Shown here: in pieces, positions 61,374 to 64,000 of the stretch
How positions within the stretch are numbered: the stretch's first letter is position 1
How the letters are laid out: each line of letters opens with the position of its first letter
From: Bacteroidota bacterium
GTDB lineage: Bacteria; Bacteroidota; Bacteroidia; AKYH767-A; OLB10
Reading direction: 5' to 3'
Assembly: GCA_016713925.1 (NCBI GenBank)
Contig: JADJOH010000008.1
Location: 186,117 to 250,116, forward strand
DNA length: 64,000 nucleotides
Notes under the pieces: generated by a model
What the model was told of the DNA's origin: nothing
Database searches by the model: none
What the model saw: only the letters and a program-made list of their open reading frames with translations
Position numbers and translations under genes: made by a program

Positions 61374-62973
61374 ATGAACAGGAAAGAGGCAGAAGTGCAA
61401 TTGAAAAAGATTTTTGGATTTAATCATTTTCATGATGAACAGTGGACCACGATAAAACATGTATTGCATGGTGATCGGGTGTTGCTGATTGAACGAACGG
61501 GTTTCGGAAAGTCGCTCTGTTATCAGTTTCCGGCTGCAGTATTACCGGGAATTACGATCATTTTTTCACCGTTGATTGCCTTGATGCGCGATCAGGTGCA
61601 GAAATTGAATAGTTTAGGTATTGATGCCCGCTGCCTGAACAGTGAACAGAATTCATTAGAGAATTCAAAAATCCTGAAGGAAGCGAAAGAGGGTAAAATC
61701 AAAATATTGTACATCGCTCCCGAGCGTATGGATAATGTGGCCTGGGTGAAGACCGTAAAACAGTTAAACTTATCCATGGTGGTGGTGGATGAAGCACATT
61801 GCATTTCTGTTTGGGGTCATGATTTTCGTCCTGCTTTTCGGAGGATTATTGAATTAGTGAAAACATTGCCGGTGGGTATTCCTGTCCTGGCAACGACTGC
61901 TACTGCTACGAAGACCGTGGAGGAAGATATTATTCAACAGATGGGTGGCAATGCGAAGTCCATTCGGGGAAAATTGATGCGTGATAATTTGCAGTTGCAG
62001 GTGATTCAGGTAGGATGTCAGGATGATAAACTGATCTGGCTGGCTCAACATCTTGAAAAACTGGAAGGATCAGGAATTATTTATACAGGTACGCGAAAAG
62101 ATGTTACCCGTTATACGAATTGGCTGAAACAAAATGATATTCCCTGTGCCGGATACCATGCCGGTTTATCGCCTGCAGAGAGGGTGAAGATCGAGAAAGG
62201 TCTCATGAACAACGATTGGAAATGTGTCATCTCTACTAACGCTCTGGGTATGGGAATTGACAAGCCCGATATTCGTTTTATTATTCACACTCAAATTCCG
62301 CAATCTCCGATTCATTATTATCAGGAAATTGGTCGGGCCGGACGAGATGGCGATACCGGAAGAGTGATTTTACTGTATCACTTTACAGATGTTAAGCTTC
62401 CGCAGATGTTTATCAATTTCTCTAAACCTGCTGTGAACAGCTATATGAAAGTTATTCAATTGTTGCAGGAGAAGCGATTTACAGAACAAGAACTATGTAA
62501 GAAAACAAATATTTTCGATGCAGCAATGCGTTCTATAAAAGCAGATCTTATCGAACAGGGACTCATTGCGGAAAAGCAAGTGGGACAAAAGAAATATTTG
62601 CAAATCATTACCAAGGGCACCACCCATGGATTTCCGCATGATTGATAAACTGCGTGAAATCCGGATGGCAGAACTGGATGAAATGGTGGCATACGCGGAG
62701 ACCAGAGAGTCACGAATGAAATTTCTGTGCAGGTATCTGGGTGATGAGGAAGATAATTTATTTAAAAATTGTGACAACTCCGGTGTTAAACCCTTAACTT
62801 TAATGCCGGATTTGCGACTCGAGTCTGTACTCAGAAAATTCTATGGCGATATGCCGGAGGAAGAAATGGTTGAGAAGGCGATAGCAAAAAATACATTAGG
62901 TATAAAGATGAAAGGGATTGAAAGAATTAAACGAAAGGTTGTGGATAGTAATCTCGAAAATCCTTTTGGATAA
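61374..62973 (+). CDS. recQ: RecQ-family ATP-dependent DNA helicase (frameshift near 62620)
   Basis: 'TGFGKSLCYQ', 'YIAPER', 'VDEAHCISVWGHDFRP', 'YYQEIGRAGRDG'; Zn-site 'RMKFLCRYLGD...CDN' in the +1 frame after AAGGGC. Confidence 0.9.
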
Positions 62974-63045
62974 GTGTAGAATATTTTCGGGCAAGTAGGG
63001 TGTTCCGACTATTAGTTTAAAGAAATAACATATAAGTAACAATGG

Positions 63046-63582
63046 ATGGTGGGCAGAAAAGTAATAGTATATATCGCAGTTAGTTTAGATGGCTACATTG
63101 CCAAACCAAATGACGATCTTGGTTTTCTTTCAATTGTGGAGGAAGAAGGACAAGACTACGGCTACGCAGACTTCGTTGAAACTGTGGATGCAGTTATAGT
63201 TGGGCGTAAAACATATGATAAGGTACTATCCATGGGTGTTGACTTTCCACACGCGGATAAAGACGCCTATATCATTACAAGGACACCAAGGCCAACCATA
63301 GGATCAGTAAAATTTTACACCGGTAATCTTAAATCACTTGTTGACCGGCTAAAATCAGAGAATGGGAAAAATATTTTTTGTGACGGTGGTGCCGAAGTAG
63401 TCAATGAACTTCTAAAAGATAACCTTATTGACGAGTTTATTATTTCCGTTATTCCAATATTAGTGGGTAGCGGAACACGGCTTTTCAAAGATGGAAGACC
63501 GGAACAAAATTTAGAACTTGTTTCGGTAAAAAAGTTTGACAAAGGGTTAGTACAACTTCATTACAAGCGTTCAACTAAGTAA
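63046..63582 (+). CDS. dihydrofolate reductase family (RibD C-terminal domain) protein
   Basis: 'YIAVSLDGYIA', 'GRKTYD', 'DGGAEVV...LIDEF..SVIPILVGSG.RLF'. Confidence 0.9.
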   Translation: MVGRKVIVYIAVSLDGYIAKPNDDLGFLSIVEEEGQDYGYADFVETVDAVIVGRKTYDKVLSMGVDFPHADKDAYIITRTPRPTIGSVKFYTGNLKSLVDRLKSENGKNIFCDGGAEVVNELLKDNLIDEFIISVIPILVGSGTRLFKDGRPEQNLELVSVKKFDKGLVQLHYKRSTK

Positions 63583-63704
63583 TTAAAACAAAATTGAAGT
63601 TCAAAAATTCTAACTGCTAGCGATTTTGCAAAACGTCAGAAAGTAAGGTGACTATGTAGAGATGAGAGAAAGTTGCAAGAATGTTAAACATTAAAATTTA
63701 AAGT

Positions 63705-64000
63705 ATGAATCCCCACAAACAAATAATTGAAGCCTTACTCAATGGCTGTAATCCTGTGACCGGTGAAGTCTGTTCTGATGAAATTCTGAACGAAGAGTCG
63801 GTTAGAAACATGCTTCAATGGGCATTGGCGAAAGCGGATGAGGATGATAATGCGTTATCCTCAGTTTCCGGAGCAAGTCTTGTGAGCACTGAGCAAATAG
63901 AAGAATTGAGAATGTTGATCAAAAACCAGGGATTAAAGGCATCCTCCGCCATGGTGACTAAATTTCTGCTGGGAAGTCACGCGGCAAAATTTAATGATAT
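63705..64000 (+). CDS. hypothetical protein (partial, runs off window end)
   Basis: Read manually: MNPHKQIIEALLNGCNPVTGEV...; open to the window edge. Confidence 0.6.
   Translation, partial: MNPHKQIIEALLNGCNPVTGEVCSDEILNEESVRNMLQWALAKADEDDNALSSVSGASLVSTEQIEELRMLIKNQGLKASSAMVTKFLLGSHAAKFND

Noticed and set aside
271-62777. Numerous 60-200-aa ORFs antisense to or nested within long genes
   Set aside because: They are shadow ORFs of well-supported genes and have no recognisable motifs.

Overview
A 64 kb gene-dense window from a Bacteroidota genome. The assignment rests on TAnnTTTG -7 promoter boxes, Gln-at-+1 signal peptides and about ten proteins ending in a T9SS type-A C-terminal sorting domain. 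No rRNA, tRNA, CRISPR array or prophage was found. Secreted modular proteins dominate: a 7-PKD protein, a 2336-aa beta-helix/clan GH-A glycosidase chimera, beta-propellers, a T9SS-tagged cyclophilin, M4 and M12-type metalloproteases, and two tail-fibre/S74-like proteins. Housekeeping or metabolic genes include rpiB, a beta-carbonic anhydrase, a DEAD-box helicase, recQ, a GH20 hexosaminidase and MFS transporters. Main observations: (i) two paralogous 'tail-fibre-like protein -> T9SS zinc protease' cassettes point outward on either side of a LytS/LytTR two-component system, with a LytTR-type direct repeat in one promoter; (ii) a complete IS4-family element (16-bp TIRs, 10-bp TSD) sits in the centre of a REP-like palindrome; (iii) a RAYT transposase has a locally amplified REP array; (iv) a lipoprotein is paired with an uncharacterised radical SAM enzyme; (v) a bestrophin is coupled to the carbonic anhydrase; (vi) several intergenic repeat families and a duplicated micro-ORF element are present. 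About ten genes are broken by single-base indels in short homopolymer runs, most likely assembly errors. All family assignments come from motif recognition by eye; no database searches were run.
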